Below, in pieces: positions 9,130 to 18,768 of a DNA stretch of 64,000 bases (positions within the stretch are counted from its first letter, which is position 1; each line of letters starts with the position of its first letter). A model generated the notes under the pieces. That model ran no database searches and was not told the DNA's origin. It saw only the letters and a list, made by a program, of their open reading frames with translations. Position numbers and translations under genes: made by a program. This DNA comes from Steroidobacteraceae bacterium (GTDB taxonomy: Bacteria; Pseudomonadota; Gammaproteobacteria; Steroidobacterales; Steroidobacteraceae): assembly GCA_036004505.1 (NCBI GenBank), contig DASYRK010000033.1:52184-116183 (forward strand), in the 5' to 3' direction.

Positions 9130-10977
9130 TCAGCGAGCCGCCAAGCGCTCGACGCGCGCGATCTGCTCGGCAAGCGAGGGCAGGACAGCCTCGATCTCGG
9201 CGGCGTGGCGCCGCCATTTGTCGGCGCTGGGGGCCGATACCGTGTACCTGGACAAGCGCAGCGTAAGTGACGGCTCGTCCCAGTCGAACCCAGTCGCCGC
9301 ACACAGCCGACGGATCTCGGCCACCGGATCGGCGACCAGCGCGTCGTAGCGCGTGATCGTCAGCCGCTCGGCCGGCAAGGTCTCGATATCGTCCAAGAGC
9401 AGCCGTGTGGCCGCATTCCATTGCGCCGCGACGATCTCGTGCAGCGGCCGCCCGATCAGCTCGCGCCAGCCCGGCACGAGCAGCAGCGACCACGGTGCGC
9501 CGGTCCAGCCCGGCAGTTGCGGATACGTCCGGAACCGCCCGGTCGTCCACGCCTCGATCATGCTCGACAGCACCTGCCGCGGATCGCGATACAGGTAGAT
9601 GAAGCGCGCCTCCGGGAAGACGCGCGTGAGGAACGGCACGCGCAGCGAGTTCTTCGGCGTCTTCTCCAGCATCCGCACAGCTCGACCTGGCTGCGGCTTC
9701 CGGCCTTCCCTGTCGCGCAACGCTTCATGGAAGCGACGCCGCAGCGTTTCCGCCATCGCGGGCGTCGCATCCGCCGCGAGCAGGCGATTCGATTCGAAGC
9801 CGCGCGATTCGGGGCTGAGCTGCGGCACGCCCTCGATGAGCTGGTGACTCTCGTCGCCGATCGTGAACACGCCTGGCGCGCGCGCCAGCGTCTCGAACAG
9901 CATCGTCGAGCCTGAGCGCGGCGGGCTGACGATGAACACCGGCCGATCGAACACAGGGTCGCGGCCAGTTGCCGCAGCAGGCACTGGCGCCGGCTGCGCA
10001 GCGCCGACGCGCTCACGGACCTCGGGATCCGCGCTGCTGCGCCGATCGGCGAGCGCAACGTTGAAGACCCAGCCGTCGAGCGCCGACATCAGCCCGATCG
10101 TGTTGGCGAGTGCGACGTCCGAGGCGCCGAGCGCCAGCAAATCGCGCCGCCCCGCATCGAGGAGCGCGCGATAGCGCGGCCAGCCTTCGTGCCGTTCGCC
10201 ATATGCGGACCAGAGCCCGTGCCAGTCGCGCACGAAAGTCAGCAACCGCTGCTGAATCGCCGGCATGCTGCGATGTTGCAGCGTCTCTGCGAGCGCGAAG
10301 GCTACGTGCGCGCGTATCTCCCAGGGCGTCATTACGTCCGGCACGTTCTCGGACTCGAAGTCGAGCGACGGCCGCGACTGCGGATCGGGCGCAACGAACG
10401 CCGCCTGCCAATCCGTGCCGACGCGCGTGTGCGGGCGCGCCCGGGCCACGAGCTGCCAGAAGCCGATCCCGCCGACGGTGTCGGCCACCAGATGGATTCG
10501 CGGCAGCGAATGATCGTTGACGACGTTGTGCATGCGCCAGGTGTCGAACAACCAGCACTCGCCGGCGCGCATGTTGATCTCGGCGTCGCCGCAACTGAAT
10601 CGCACCGTCGGCTGCGTCACGATCGGCACGTGCACGCGCACCCGCTCGCGCCAGTAGTAGTTCACGTCGACGTGCGGCGTGACTTCCGCCTGCCCGGAAA
10701 GACGCATCAGCCGCGTGCGACCCCACGTCGCGCCGATGCTGTGCAGGACCTGTTGCAAATACGGGCAGCGTTCCAGATGCCGCGTCGGCAGCATCGGTCC
10801 GGCGACGGCGTCGCTCTCCGGATCGCCGCCGGTCGTGATCAGGGTCAGCGCATCGTTGCCGGGATAGCCCTGCGGATGCGGCCGCCAATCCGACTCTGCG
10901 ATCGCGCCGACTTCGGCTGCGAGCGCTGCCGCATCGAACGACAGAGGCAATTGCAGGAACGGATGCTGGAGCTTCAT
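9130..10977 (-). CDS. Asp/Asn beta-hydroxylase (AspH)-type dioxygenase fused to a sulfotransferase domain
   Basis: N-terminal RLMRLSGQAEVTPHVD...RVHVPIVT...WLFDTWRMHNVVN...RIHLVAD. C-terminal VFIVSPPRSGSTMLF (5'-PSB loop), LEKTPKN and FIYLYRDP (3'-PB). Confidence 0.88.
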   Translation of the reverse strand: MKLQHPFLQLPLSFDAAALAAEVGAIAESDWRPHPQGYPGNDALTLITTGGDPESDAVAGPMLPTRHLERCPYLQQVLHSIGATWGRTRLMRLSGQAEVTPHVDVNYYWRERVRVHVPIVTQPTVRFSCGDAEINMRAGECWLFDTWRMHNVVNDHSLPRIHLVADTVGGIGFWQLVARARPHTRVGTDWQAAFVAPDPQSRPSLDFESENVPDVMTPWEIRAHVAFALAETLQHRSMPAIQQRLLTFVRDWHGLWSAYGERHEGWPRYRALLDAGRRDLLALGASDVALANTIGLMSALDGWVFNVALADRRSSADPEVRERVGAAQPAPVPAAATGRDPVFDRPVFIVSPPRSGSTMLFETLARAPGVFTIGDESHQLIEGVPQLSPESRGFESNRLLAADATPAMAETLRRRFHEALRDREGRKPQPGRAVRMLEKTPKNSLRVPFLTRVFPEARFIYLYRDPRQVLSSMIEAWTTGRFRTYPQLPGWTGAPWSLLLVPGWRELIGRPLHEIVAAQWNAATRLLLDDIETLPAERLTITRYDALVADPVAEIRRLCAATGFDWDEPSLTLRLSRYTVSAPSADKWRRHAAEIEAVLPSLAEQIARVERLAAR

Positions 10978-10989
10978 GGGCTGGCGAGC

Positions 10990-12588
10990 TCAGCGCAGCG
11001 GGTTGCCGTCCGTGTCGACGAGACCGGCCTCATTGAGCCGCCGCAGCACCGGCTGCAGCTCGCGCTCGAAGTGACGCCACTTCTGCACGGACGACCGATA
11101 GATCGGCCTGCGTACCTGCACCGCGCTCGCGGTCGTGGATGCCTTGGTCGAGCGGTGGAACTCGAGCACCTGGTCCTCCCACGGCAGCCCGCAATGCTCC
11201 AGCAGCCGGTGGCTCTGCGCCTGTGGATCGGCGACCAGGTCCTCGTAGCGCACGTCGAGGATCACGCCGGGCATGACGGCATGCCAGTGATCCATCATGC
11301 GGCGATAGGCGATGAAGTATTCCGCGAGCTCGTCGAGCTGGTAGGAGAAGTGGTACGCGTTGATGAACAGCGTCTTGAACACCGCGTAACAGGTATCCAT
11401 TGGATCGCGCGTCAGGTGCACGATCGCGGCCTGCGGCAGCGCCTTGTGGATCAGTCCGGCGTAGCGGAAGTTGAACGGCAGCTTGTCGATCGTGTAGCGC
11501 TGGCCGCCGGCCAGATCGCGCACGGCCGTCAGATAGTTGCGGCCCAGCGCGCCGAAGTCCATCTGCAGCGAGGCGCGCAGCAGGTCGGTGTCGGCCAGTC
11601 CCAGGCGCGCGTGCGTGGCGCGCGCCTGAGCCGTCATCTCTTCCGGAAAATCCACCGCCTCGCCGACCGAGGTGACAGCGGAGTGGTTGCCCAGCATCCG
11701 CTCGACCAGCGTCGTCCCCGTGCGCGGCATGCCGACGATGAAGATCGGCCCCGGCGTCTGGTCGCCGTCGTGCAGCGACTGCATCGCCTCCGCCGTGTAG
11801 TGCGCCATCACGTTGCCCATCGCGCGGACGTCGTTCGCGCTGTCGTACGTCAACGTGCCGCGCTTGATGCGGTTGGCCTGCAGCAGCGTTTCGAACGACT
11901 GCGCGTACTCGCCGATGTCCTCCAGCTCCTTCGCGAGCGAATAGGACACCAGCATCGTGTCGATCTCGCGCGCCCGCGGCCGCGCCAGCGTCGCGCGCAG
12001 CTCGGCGACGTGGTTGGCATCGCTCTTCGCCGTCGCAAGCTGCGAACGGATGTGCCACGCGTAGCCGTTGCCTGGCGCGATTTCGAGCACGCGCACCAGC
12101 AGCGCATCCGCCTCCGCGAGCTCGTTCAGATAGAAATGACTGAGCGCTGCGCGATACAACAGCGTCGGGGCGTTGGGGGCGATCTCGAGCGCCCGGTACA
12201 GCAGCGCCTTCGCCCGGGCGGCATCGTTCGACTGCAGGTAGATCGCCGCGACGGCTTCGACCAGGTCCGCATCCGGCGGCGAGATCTCGATCGCGCGTTC
12301 GGCTGCAGCGAATGCCTCGGAGCGGCGCCGCAGCGCCATCAGAACCTGCGCACGCTTGAACTGCAGGACCGGATGCTCGCCATCGCGCACCAGCGCTGTA
12401 TTGGCGATCTCCAGCGCCCGGGTGACATCCCCGCGCGCCTCCTCGACCTCGCAGGCGAGCAGGGTGGCGGCGATGCCGGGGCTCGCTTGAGTCACTTGCG
12501 CAGACAGTGCCTGCGCCTCCTGAATCCGCCCGCGCTGGAGCAGCTCGCGCGCTGTGCGAATAGTCTGATCGACAGCTGAAGTGTTCAC
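10990..12588 (-). CDS. TPR-repeat sulfotransferase (Sulfotransfer_3/TPST-like)
   Basis: Several N-terminal TPR-like helices, then PIFIVGMPRTGTTLVERML, DKLPFN and IVHLTRDPMDTC. The GTG start at 12588 overlaps the upstream TGA (GTGA). Confidence 0.9.
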   Translation of the reverse strand: MNTSAVDQTIRTARELLQRGRIQEAQALSAQVTQASPGIAATLLACEVEEARGDVTRALEIANTALVRDGEHPVLQFKRAQVLMALRRRSEAFAAAERAIEISPPDADLVEAVAAIYLQSNDAARAKALLYRALEIAPNAPTLLYRAALSHFYLNELAEADALLVRVLEIAPGNGYAWHIRSQLATAKSDANHVAELRATLARPRAREIDTMLVSYSLAKELEDIGEYAQSFETLLQANRIKRGTLTYDSANDVRAMGNVMAHYTAEAMQSLHDGDQTPGPIFIVGMPRTGTTLVERMLGNHSAVTSVGEAVDFPEEMTAQARATHARLGLADTDLLRASLQMDFGALGRNYLTAVRDLAGGQRYTIDKLPFNFRYAGLIHKALPQAAIVHLTRDPMDTCYAVFKTLFINAYHFSYQLDELAEYFIAYRRMMDHWHAVMPGVILDVRYEDLVADPQAQSHRLLEHCGLPWEDQVLEFHRSTKASTTASAVQVRRPIYRSSVQKWRHFERELQPVLRRLNEAGLVDTDGNPLR

Positions 12589-13535
12589 CGTGGCATTGTA
12601 GCCGCGTGCAAGCGCAGGAGGCGTTCGAGTTGCGGCCGCGCGAGCGAGTCGATCGCCCGACGCAGCTCGGCCGAAGCGGCGCCCTGCTTGCTGGCAACGT
12701 CGGATTTGAACTCCGCAGCCGTGCCGATTGCGGCTTTCGCGTGCCGCCGCGCCCCCTCGGCGATCCGGTCCCGTTGCGAGGGATCGACCGATAGCGAGAA
12801 GTGTGGCGCGACGATCTCCCATACTGCGGCCGGCAGCGACTCATACGGCACCAGCCGTCCCCGGCCGGCGTCGAGCCCCGCAGCCGCCGCGCAGAATGCG
12901 CCATAAACGCTCGCCACGAACTCTTCCCGCGATTTCGCAGCGTGGTCGGGATCCACGCGCGCGGCGAGCTCGCGAGCCGCCTCCGCCGTGCCCTGGAACC
13001 AGCCCGGCGGACTCGCGATGAGCGACACGCCCACCTCGACCGGATCGCGAAAACTCAGCACCCACGGCGTGTCCGGGAAGGCTTCCGCCACGACGTCGCA
13101 ATAGAGCGTGTTCCAGCTGCTCAGCTTCAGGACGTAGCGCCCACGCGCGTGGCGCGCGAACGCGGCTGCCAACGATCGCAGCGCTGCGACCCGATCGGCG
13201 CGCGGCCAGCGATGCGGGGGCGCGAGGATTTCGTTGACCGGCTGGGGCTCGGCGTACACGACCAGGCCGTCGAGCCGCTTGAGCGACTGCGAAACCAGCG
13301 TCGAGCCGCACCGTGCAACATGAAAGATGATTCCGGACGGCGCCGCCTCGCGCGCCAGCCGGGCGCCATCCCGGACGACCTGCACGATCCGCTCCTCGGC
13401 CGGGACCCGCGCGATCGTCTCCTGCATGAACGCGTCCTGCAGCTCGTCGCGGCCGATCTGGCGGAGCGCCAGGTACAGGCCGGTCGGCGCCAGTCCCGCG
13501 CGCACCGGAAGTCCGGCCTCCTCATCCTGCTGCAT
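12585..13535 (-). CDS. Sulfotransferase-like P-loop protein
   Basis: GIIFHVARCGSTLVSQ, YAEP, VLKLSSW, LSFRDPVEV. Start taken at MQQDEE (13535). Confidence 0.72.
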   Translation of the reverse strand: MQQDEEAGLPVRAGLAPTGLYLALRQIGRDELQDAFMQETIARVPAEERIVQVVRDGARLAREAAPSGIIFHVARCGSTLVSQSLKRLDGLVVYAEPQPVNEILAPPHRWPRADRVAALRSLAAAFARHARGRYVLKLSSWNTLYCDVVAEAFPDTPWVLSFRDPVEVGVSLIASPPGWFQGTAEAARELAARVDPDHAAKSREEFVASVYGAFCAAAAGLDAGRGRLVPYESLPAAVWEIVAPHFSLSVDPSQRDRIAEGARRHAKAAIGTAAEFKSDVASKQGAASAELRRAIDSLARPQLERLLRLHAATMPR

Positions 13536-13630
13536 GGCGCGAAGAGAACACTGGCGCGTCGCGGGTGTCAACGCTCGCTCACGCCTGCCGCTTCGTGACT
13601 ACGCTGAGCGTCGATGCTAGCGTGCCGGCC

Positions 13631-14824
13631 ATGACGGATTTCGCGAGCTTCATCGCGCCCTGCGACGCGGCGGCCTTTCGAGCGCAGCACTTCGGCACGC
13701 GCCCGGTTCACATTCGCCGCGAGGCGGCGGGCCCTGCGGCTGCGCTGAGCTGGCAGCGCTTCAACGAGGTGCTCGGCATCGCGCCGTACTGGAACGAGGA
13801 CACGCTCAAGGTCTATTTCAAGAATCGCGCGGCGCTGCGCGAGAACTACTGCGACACGACCGACCTGCGCCCAGGCACGAAGGCGCCGGCCGACCCGGCC
13901 AAGGTCAAGGCGCTGCTCGGGCTGGGTGCGAGCCTGGTCGCGAATCACGTTCACCGCGTCTGCCCGGAAGTCGCGTCGATCGCGCAAATGCTGGAACGCG
14001 AGTTCGCTGCGCGCGTCGCCGCCAACGTCTATTGCTCCTTCAAGGGAGTGCAGGCGTTCCAGACGCACTTCGATCTGCACGACGTGTTCGCGGTGCAGAT
14101 GGAGGGCGAGAAGACCTGGCGCGTCTACGAGTCGCGCGCCGATGCGCCCGTGTTGCCGCTACCGCCCGGCGAAGAGATCGAGAAGTGGCTCACCGCGAGT
14201 CGCGGGCGGCTGCTGTTCGAAGCCGAGATGAAGCCCGGTGACATCCTGTATCTGCCGCGTGGCCAGTACCACGACGCGTTGACGGGCGCGCAGGCATCGC
14301 TGCACGTCTCTTTCGGAGTAACGCCCGCGACCGGGCTTGCGTTGTTCAAACTGCTGGAGAACGCGCTCACCGCGGAAAGCGCATTTCGACAGTACCTGCC
14401 GGATGCGCGCAATCAGGCGGAGCTGCGTCAACGACTCGCAACGCTCGCGCAGCGCGTCCAGGCCGTGATGACATCGCCGGCATTCGCGACCGACGTGCTC
14501 AATCATCAGCGCGGCCTGGCTGGCCCGCGTGCGGACTTCGAGTTGCCGACGCAGGTGCAACCGACGTGGTACTCGATCGCGCGGCGCGCACAGGTCGTGC
14601 GACGCGACAGCGGCCATGTCGCAGTTACGGACCAGGGCGAGATCGCGCTCGGCGCGACGCATCCGACCGTCGAGTGGATTCTGAGGCAGCGTCTGTTCTC
14701 GCTGGGCGATGCACTCGCGCGCCATGCGAGCACGGATCCGGCGGAGCTGCGCGGCGTGCTCGCGCAGCTGATCGCGGCCGGAGTGATCGTCGAGACTGAA
14801 ATGAAGTCGGAGGGACTTGCATGA
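13631..14824 (+). CDS. JmjC/Cupin_4 (YcfD/RoxA-like) 2OG-Fe(II) hydroxylase
   Basis: ANVYCSF..AFQTHFDLHDVFAVQMEGEKTWRVY...PGDILYLPRGQYHDA (HxD...H), plus a C-terminal winged-helix-like tail. Confidence 0.88.
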   Translation: MTDFASFIAPCDAAAFRAQHFGTRPVHIRREAAGPAAALSWQRFNEVLGIAPYWNEDTLKVYFKNRAALRENYCDTTDLRPGTKAPADPAKVKALLGLGASLVANHVHRVCPEVASIAQMLEREFAARVAANVYCSFKGVQAFQTHFDLHDVFAVQMEGEKTWRVYESRADAPVLPLPPGEEIEKWLTASRGRLLFEAEMKPGDILYLPRGQYHDALTGAQASLHVSFGVTPATGLALFKLLENALTAESAFRQYLPDARNQAELRQRLATLAQRVQAVMTSPAFATDVLNHQRGLAGPRADFELPTQVQPTWYSIARRAQVVRRDSGHVAVTDQGEIALGATHPTVEWILRQRLFSLGDALARHASTDPAELRGVLAQLIAAGVIVETEMKSEGLA

Positions 14825-15312
14825 ATCGTTGGGTGATCGTGGCGGCAGGGGCAGTCGTGTTGTCGGGCACGGGCTTTACGCCCGCGAAGGCGGCGGAGCG
14901 GACGACCGAGGCGATGCTCGCCTGCGGGGACGAATCCGACGATGCGCAGCGGCTGCGTTGTTTCGATGCTGTCGTGGCGAACCTGCGCAAAGCGCCGTCG
15001 CCGGCCGCCGCGCCTCAACCCGCAACGCCGGCGCCCACTCCTGAGCAGAAGTTCGGTGCACGCGGCGATATCAAGCCGGACCGGCATGAAGTTCTGAATG
15101 AGATCAGTGCGACGGTCACGGCTCTCGGGACGAAGCCGCATGGAGAGCTGATCGTCACGCTCGACAACGGTCAGGTGTGGGCCGAGATCGCGGCGAACTC
15201 GAGGGTCAAGCTCAAGACCGGCGACACGGTGAAGATCGAGCGCGGCGCGCTCGGCTCGTACTCTCTGGTCACGCCGAACGGCCGCTCGAGCAAGGTCTCG
15301 CGGATCCGGTGA
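14821..15312 (+). CDS. Small exported protein, paralogue 1 (C-x8-RL-x-C-[FY]D hairpin + LDNGQxW beta domain)
   Basis: Signal peptide, ACGDESDDAQRLRCFD, ISATV..GELIVTLDNGQVW. Overlaps both neighbours (ATGA, TGATG). Confidence 0.8.
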   Translation: MNRWVIVAAGAVVLSGTGFTPAKAAERTTEAMLACGDESDDAQRLRCFDAVVANLRKAPSPAAAPQPATPAPTPEQKFGARGDIKPDRHEVLNEISATVTALGTKPHGELIVTLDNGQVWAEIAANSRVKLKTGDTVKIERGALGSYSLVTPNGRSSKVSRIR

Positions 15313-16352
15313 TGCTCAGTCTCGCTGCTTCGCCCGATGTCTACCTGCAGAAGGTCGACCTGGCGCGCGATGCTGCGTTGCTCGTCCAGCTGAATGAGGG
15401 CGCGTACCGGGCTGCGAGCTTTCTCGACGACCGCATCCTCGCGCCTGACGTCAAAGGCGGATGGGCGAGCCTCAGGAGCGTGCTGGACGCGGCGCAGACG
15501 CTCGGCGAGCGCATGCCGCTGCATTTCATCTTTCACACCGGCCACGTCGGCTCGACGCTCCTCAGCCGCCTGCTCGATGAGAGCGGGTGCGTGCTGTCGC
15601 TGCGCGAGCCGCTGCCGTTGCGCTCGCTGGCCGATGCGCACGACACGCTGGAGTTGCCGGAATCGCTGCTGAGCCGGCGCGACTTCGATGCTCTGGAGCA
15701 GGCGCTGCTGACGATCTGGAGCCGCGGATATGCCGCTACGCACTCGGTCGTTCTCAAAGCGACCAGCAGCGCATGCAGGATCGCGGCGCGGCTGCTGGAA
15801 CGGCACGATCGTGCGCGCGCTGTCTATCTGAATCTGGCCGCGGAGCCGTATCTCGCGACGCTGCTGGCCGGCCAGAACTCCGGCATCGATTTGCGCGGGC
15901 ACGGACCGGTGCGCATTCGTCAGCTGCAGGCGCGCATCGCGACACGGTTGCCGCCGTTGCATGCGTTGTCGCTCGGCGAAATGGCTGCGATGAGCTGGCT
16001 CGCCGAGACCTGGAATCAGCACGATGCCGTCACGCGCCTGGGCGCGCGCATCATGAGTCTCGATTTCGACGACTTCCTCGGCGATATCGCCGGCGGAGTC
16101 GGTCGCGTCGCCGCGCATTTCCAGTTGCCGCAGGACTCGCGTTGGCTCTCCGAGGTTGCGCGCAGCCCGGTGCTGACGCGCTACTCCAAGTCGCCGGACT
16201 TCGAGTACTCGCCGCAGGTGCGGCGCGAGCTGCTGCGCCAATCGCGGCAGAATAACGCAGCGCAGATCGCCACGGGTCTGCGCTGGCTCGAGAGCCTGGC
16301 GAAATCGCAGCCCGCTGTGGCGGCGGTCCTGGATGCGAGGAGACCCGGATGA
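15312..16352 (+). CDS. Sulfotransferase-like P-loop protein with degenerate PAPS motifs
   Basis: FIFHTGHVGSTLLSRLL, LREP, VVLKATS; homologous to 12585-13535. ATG at 15312 is coupled to the upstream TGA. Confidence 0.68.
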   Translation: MLSLAASPDVYLQKVDLARDAALLVQLNEGAYRAASFLDDRILAPDVKGGWASLRSVLDAAQTLGERMPLHFIFHTGHVGSTLLSRLLDESGCVLSLREPLPLRSLADAHDTLELPESLLSRRDFDALEQALLTIWSRGYAATHSVVLKATSSACRIAARLLERHDRARAVYLNLAAEPYLATLLAGQNSGIDLRGHGPVRIRQLQARIATRLPPLHALSLGEMAAMSWLAETWNQHDAVTRLGARIMSLDFDDFLGDIAGGVGRVAAHFQLPQDSRWLSEVARSPVLTRYSKSPDFEYSPQVRRELLRQSRQNNAAQIATGLRWLESLAKSQPAVAAVLDARRPG

Positions 16353-17275
16353 CCGACGCGGCCGCGCTCACGACGCTCGGCAAGCGCCTGCTGATCGGCG
16401 ATGGCGTGCCGATGTCGATGGACAAGGCCATCGCGACTCTGCGCGACGCAGCTGCGCGGGGCGGCGGCGAGGCGGCGGCACTGCTTGCAGTTTGTACTGC
16501 ATGGGGCGTCGGGCAGGCGCGCAGTGTCGATAACGCACTCGATCATCTCGCTCGCGCGGCGGAGCTCGGCTGGAATCCTGCGTTGCGCGAGCTGCAACTC
16601 CTGGCTCGTGATCAAGGCGCGGACCCGATGGCTCTGCGACGCAAGGTCGACGTCGCGTCGCTGCGTGCGCCGCCAGGTGCTCGCGTTGCATTCGAGCGGC
16701 CGCGCATCGTCGTGCTGGAGCGCTTCGCGACGCCGGAGGAATGTCAGTGGCTGATCGGCCGTGCCGGCAGCGGGCTGCAGCGCGCGAAGGTTTATCGAGA
16801 CAGCTCGACGGCCCAGGTCGCCGAGACGCGCACCAATCGCGAGATGGCGCTCACGATCTTCAGCGCGGATGTTGCCCTCAGCCTGATTCGCGATCGCATC
16901 GCCGCGGTGAGCGGCGAGCCGGTGACGCATTTCGAGATCGCGAAGCTCCTGCACTATTCGCCGGGCGAACAGTTCGCGTTGCACGCGGACTTCATCGAGG
17001 CGAAGACGCCGGAGCTGGCGCGCGAGCTCGCAGCGCGTGGCCAGCGTGCGGCGACGTTCCTGATTTACTTGAACGAAGGCTACGAAGGCGGCGCGACGCA
17101 GTTCCCGCGGCTCGACTGGCAGTATCGCGGCGGGCGCGGCGACGCGCTGCTGTTCAGCAACGTCGACGCCAACGGCGCGCCCGATTACGACACCGTGCAC
17201 GCCGGCATGCCGCCGACCTCCGGTGACAAGTGGGTGCTGTCGCAGTGGATCCGCAATCGGCCGGTCGGACCCTAG
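16349..17275 (+). CDS. Sel1-repeat + prolyl-4-hydroxylase-type 2OG-Fe(II) oxygenase
   Basis: Two Sel1-like repeats, then LLHYSPGEQFALHADF, TFLIYLNEGYEGGATQFP and VHAGMPPTSGDKWVLSQWIR. Confidence 0.88.
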   Translation: MTDAAALTTLGKRLLIGDGVPMSMDKAIATLRDAAARGGGEAAALLAVCTAWGVGQARSVDNALDHLARAAELGWNPALRELQLLARDQGADPMALRRKVDVASLRAPPGARVAFERPRIVVLERFATPEECQWLIGRAGSGLQRAKVYRDSSTAQVAETRTNREMALTIFSADVALSLIRDRIAAVSGEPVTHFEIAKLLHYSPGEQFALHADFIEAKTPELARELAARGQRAATFLIYLNEGYEGGATQFPRLDWQYRGGRGDALLFSNVDANGAPDYDTVHAGMPPTSGDKWVLSQWIRNRPVGP

Positions 17276-18756
17276 ATGTCGAGTTCGATTCCAGCTTCGC
17301 GGAGACGGGTCTGCAGCGGCGCGACGTGCGCCGCGTAGTTGCGCCAACGGCCCGAGGAGCGATGATACAGACGCTCACGCACTTGCCACACGCTCGCGGT
17401 TTTCACTGCGCGCGCTGACTGCTCGAACGACAGGCACGCTTCTTCCCATTCGAGACCGCAGAACGCCGTGAGTTTTTCGATGACCGGGCGCGGCTCGTGC
17501 ACCAGCCTGTCGTAGTCGAGATCGAAGATGTCCGCGCCATAGAGCGTCTTCCAGTGCGCCAGCAACCGTCGGTACTGGACGTAGTAATGCGCGATGTCCG
17601 CGAGATCGAGCGAGTAGCTCATGCTGTGATCGAGATGCAGGAAGTAGATCGACAGGCAGTTGTCGAGCGGATCGCGGGTCGTGTGCACGATCCGGGCGTC
17701 CGGAAACAGGCTCTTGATGAGGCCGATGTACAGAAAATTGTCCGGGCGCTTGTCCGTGACTCGGTCGCCGCGCGGGAACAGTCGCGCGAGCATGTCCAGA
17801 TAGCGCGCGGACAGTTGCTCCAGCTGAGCCTGCGTCACACTTTGCATCGTGGCTGGAAACGGCGCGAGCGTCGTGCGCACGAGTGAGGGCAGGAATGCCA
17901 GCTCGCCACCCGCCGTCACGCGCGAGTGCGCGGCGAGGATCTGCTCCGCGAGCGTCGAGCCGGAGCGAAACATCCCGCAGATGAACAGCGGACGCGTGGA
18001 CTGCGACGAGCGTGCTGCTGCGGGCTGACCCGGCCGGAACGTCGCGATCAGCTCGTCGACGAAACGCTCGTGCGCGCGCGCGTCGTAGACGCCAGTGCCC
18101 GGCGCAGCGCTCTGCCGACTGTCTCGATTCGCGGCTGCGTAAGCGGCAAACGCGGCGTCCCACGCCTTGCAGGAGTCCAGCGCCTTGCCGAGTGCGAAGC
18201 CGAGTTCTGCGCGATCTGCAGGCGACGTGCGCGCGTCAGCGATTGCCGCGCGCAACCTCGCGACCAGCGGATCGTCAGCGCCCGCAACCTTGTGCAACCC
18301 CGCGTAGCGCGCCAACGCGGTATGGCAGCGCGGATCGAGCGCCAGGATTTTCTCGTAGAGCGCGCTTGCTTCTGCCTGCTTGCCGAAGTCTTCGCGCAGG
18401 TTCGCGAGATTGAGCAGGGCAGGGACGTAAGCAGGCTCGAGCGCCAGCGCCGCCTGCAGCTCGCGCTCGGCCGCGTCGTCCTGGCGCAGGTAGTCGGAAT
18501 AGATCACGCCGCGGTTGAGGTGAACTTCTTCGGGCCCGGAGACGCCGCGATCGAGCGCCTGCTGATAGGAGGCGAGCGCGGCATCGAAGCGTCCTGCGCG
18601 CCGCTGTAGCAGCGCGAGGTTGTACCAGGTGTCCGGCAGATCGGGCCAGCGCGCGAGCAGGCGCTGATAGACGGCTTCGGCCTCAGTGAGGCGCCCGGCC
18701 TTCTCCAGCGCTGCCGCGCTGTGCAGCAGAGCCTGCGGATCGCTGCTGTCGCCCAT
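17272..18756 (-). CDS. TPR-repeat sulfotransferase
   Basis: About 4 TPRs (WYNLALL, HLNRGVI, ALLNLANL), then PLFICGMFRSGSTLAEQIL, DKRPDN and IVHTTRDPLDNCLS. Confidence 0.9.
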   Translation of the reverse strand: MGDSSDPQALLHSAAALEKAGRLTEAEAVYQRLLARWPDLPDTWYNLALLQRRAGRFDAALASYQQALDRGVSGPEEVHLNRGVIYSDYLRQDDAAERELQAALALEPAYVPALLNLANLREDFGKQAEASALYEKILALDPRCHTALARYAGLHKVAGADDPLVARLRAAIADARTSPADRAELGFALGKALDSCKAWDAAFAAYAAANRDSRQSAAPGTGVYDARAHERFVDELIATFRPGQPAAARSSQSTRPLFICGMFRSGSTLAEQILAAHSRVTAGGELAFLPSLVRTTLAPFPATMQSVTQAQLEQLSARYLDMLARLFPRGDRVTDKRPDNFLYIGLIKSLFPDARIVHTTRDPLDNCLSIYFLHLDHSMSYSLDLADIAHYYVQYRRLLAHWKTLYGADIFDLDYDRLVHEPRPVIEKLTAFCGLEWEEACLSFEQSARAVKTASVWQVRERLYHRSSGRWRNYAAHVAPLQTRLREAGIELDI

Positions 18757-18768
18757 ATCTCGAGAGCG

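Noticed and set aside
14821-15312. Type VI secretion (VasI/TagO-like) assignment for the small exported paralogues from the C...RLxC[FY]D motif
   Set aside because: No T6SS genes are in the window, the proteins are shorter, and the C-terminal LDNGQxW domain and context point elsewhere.
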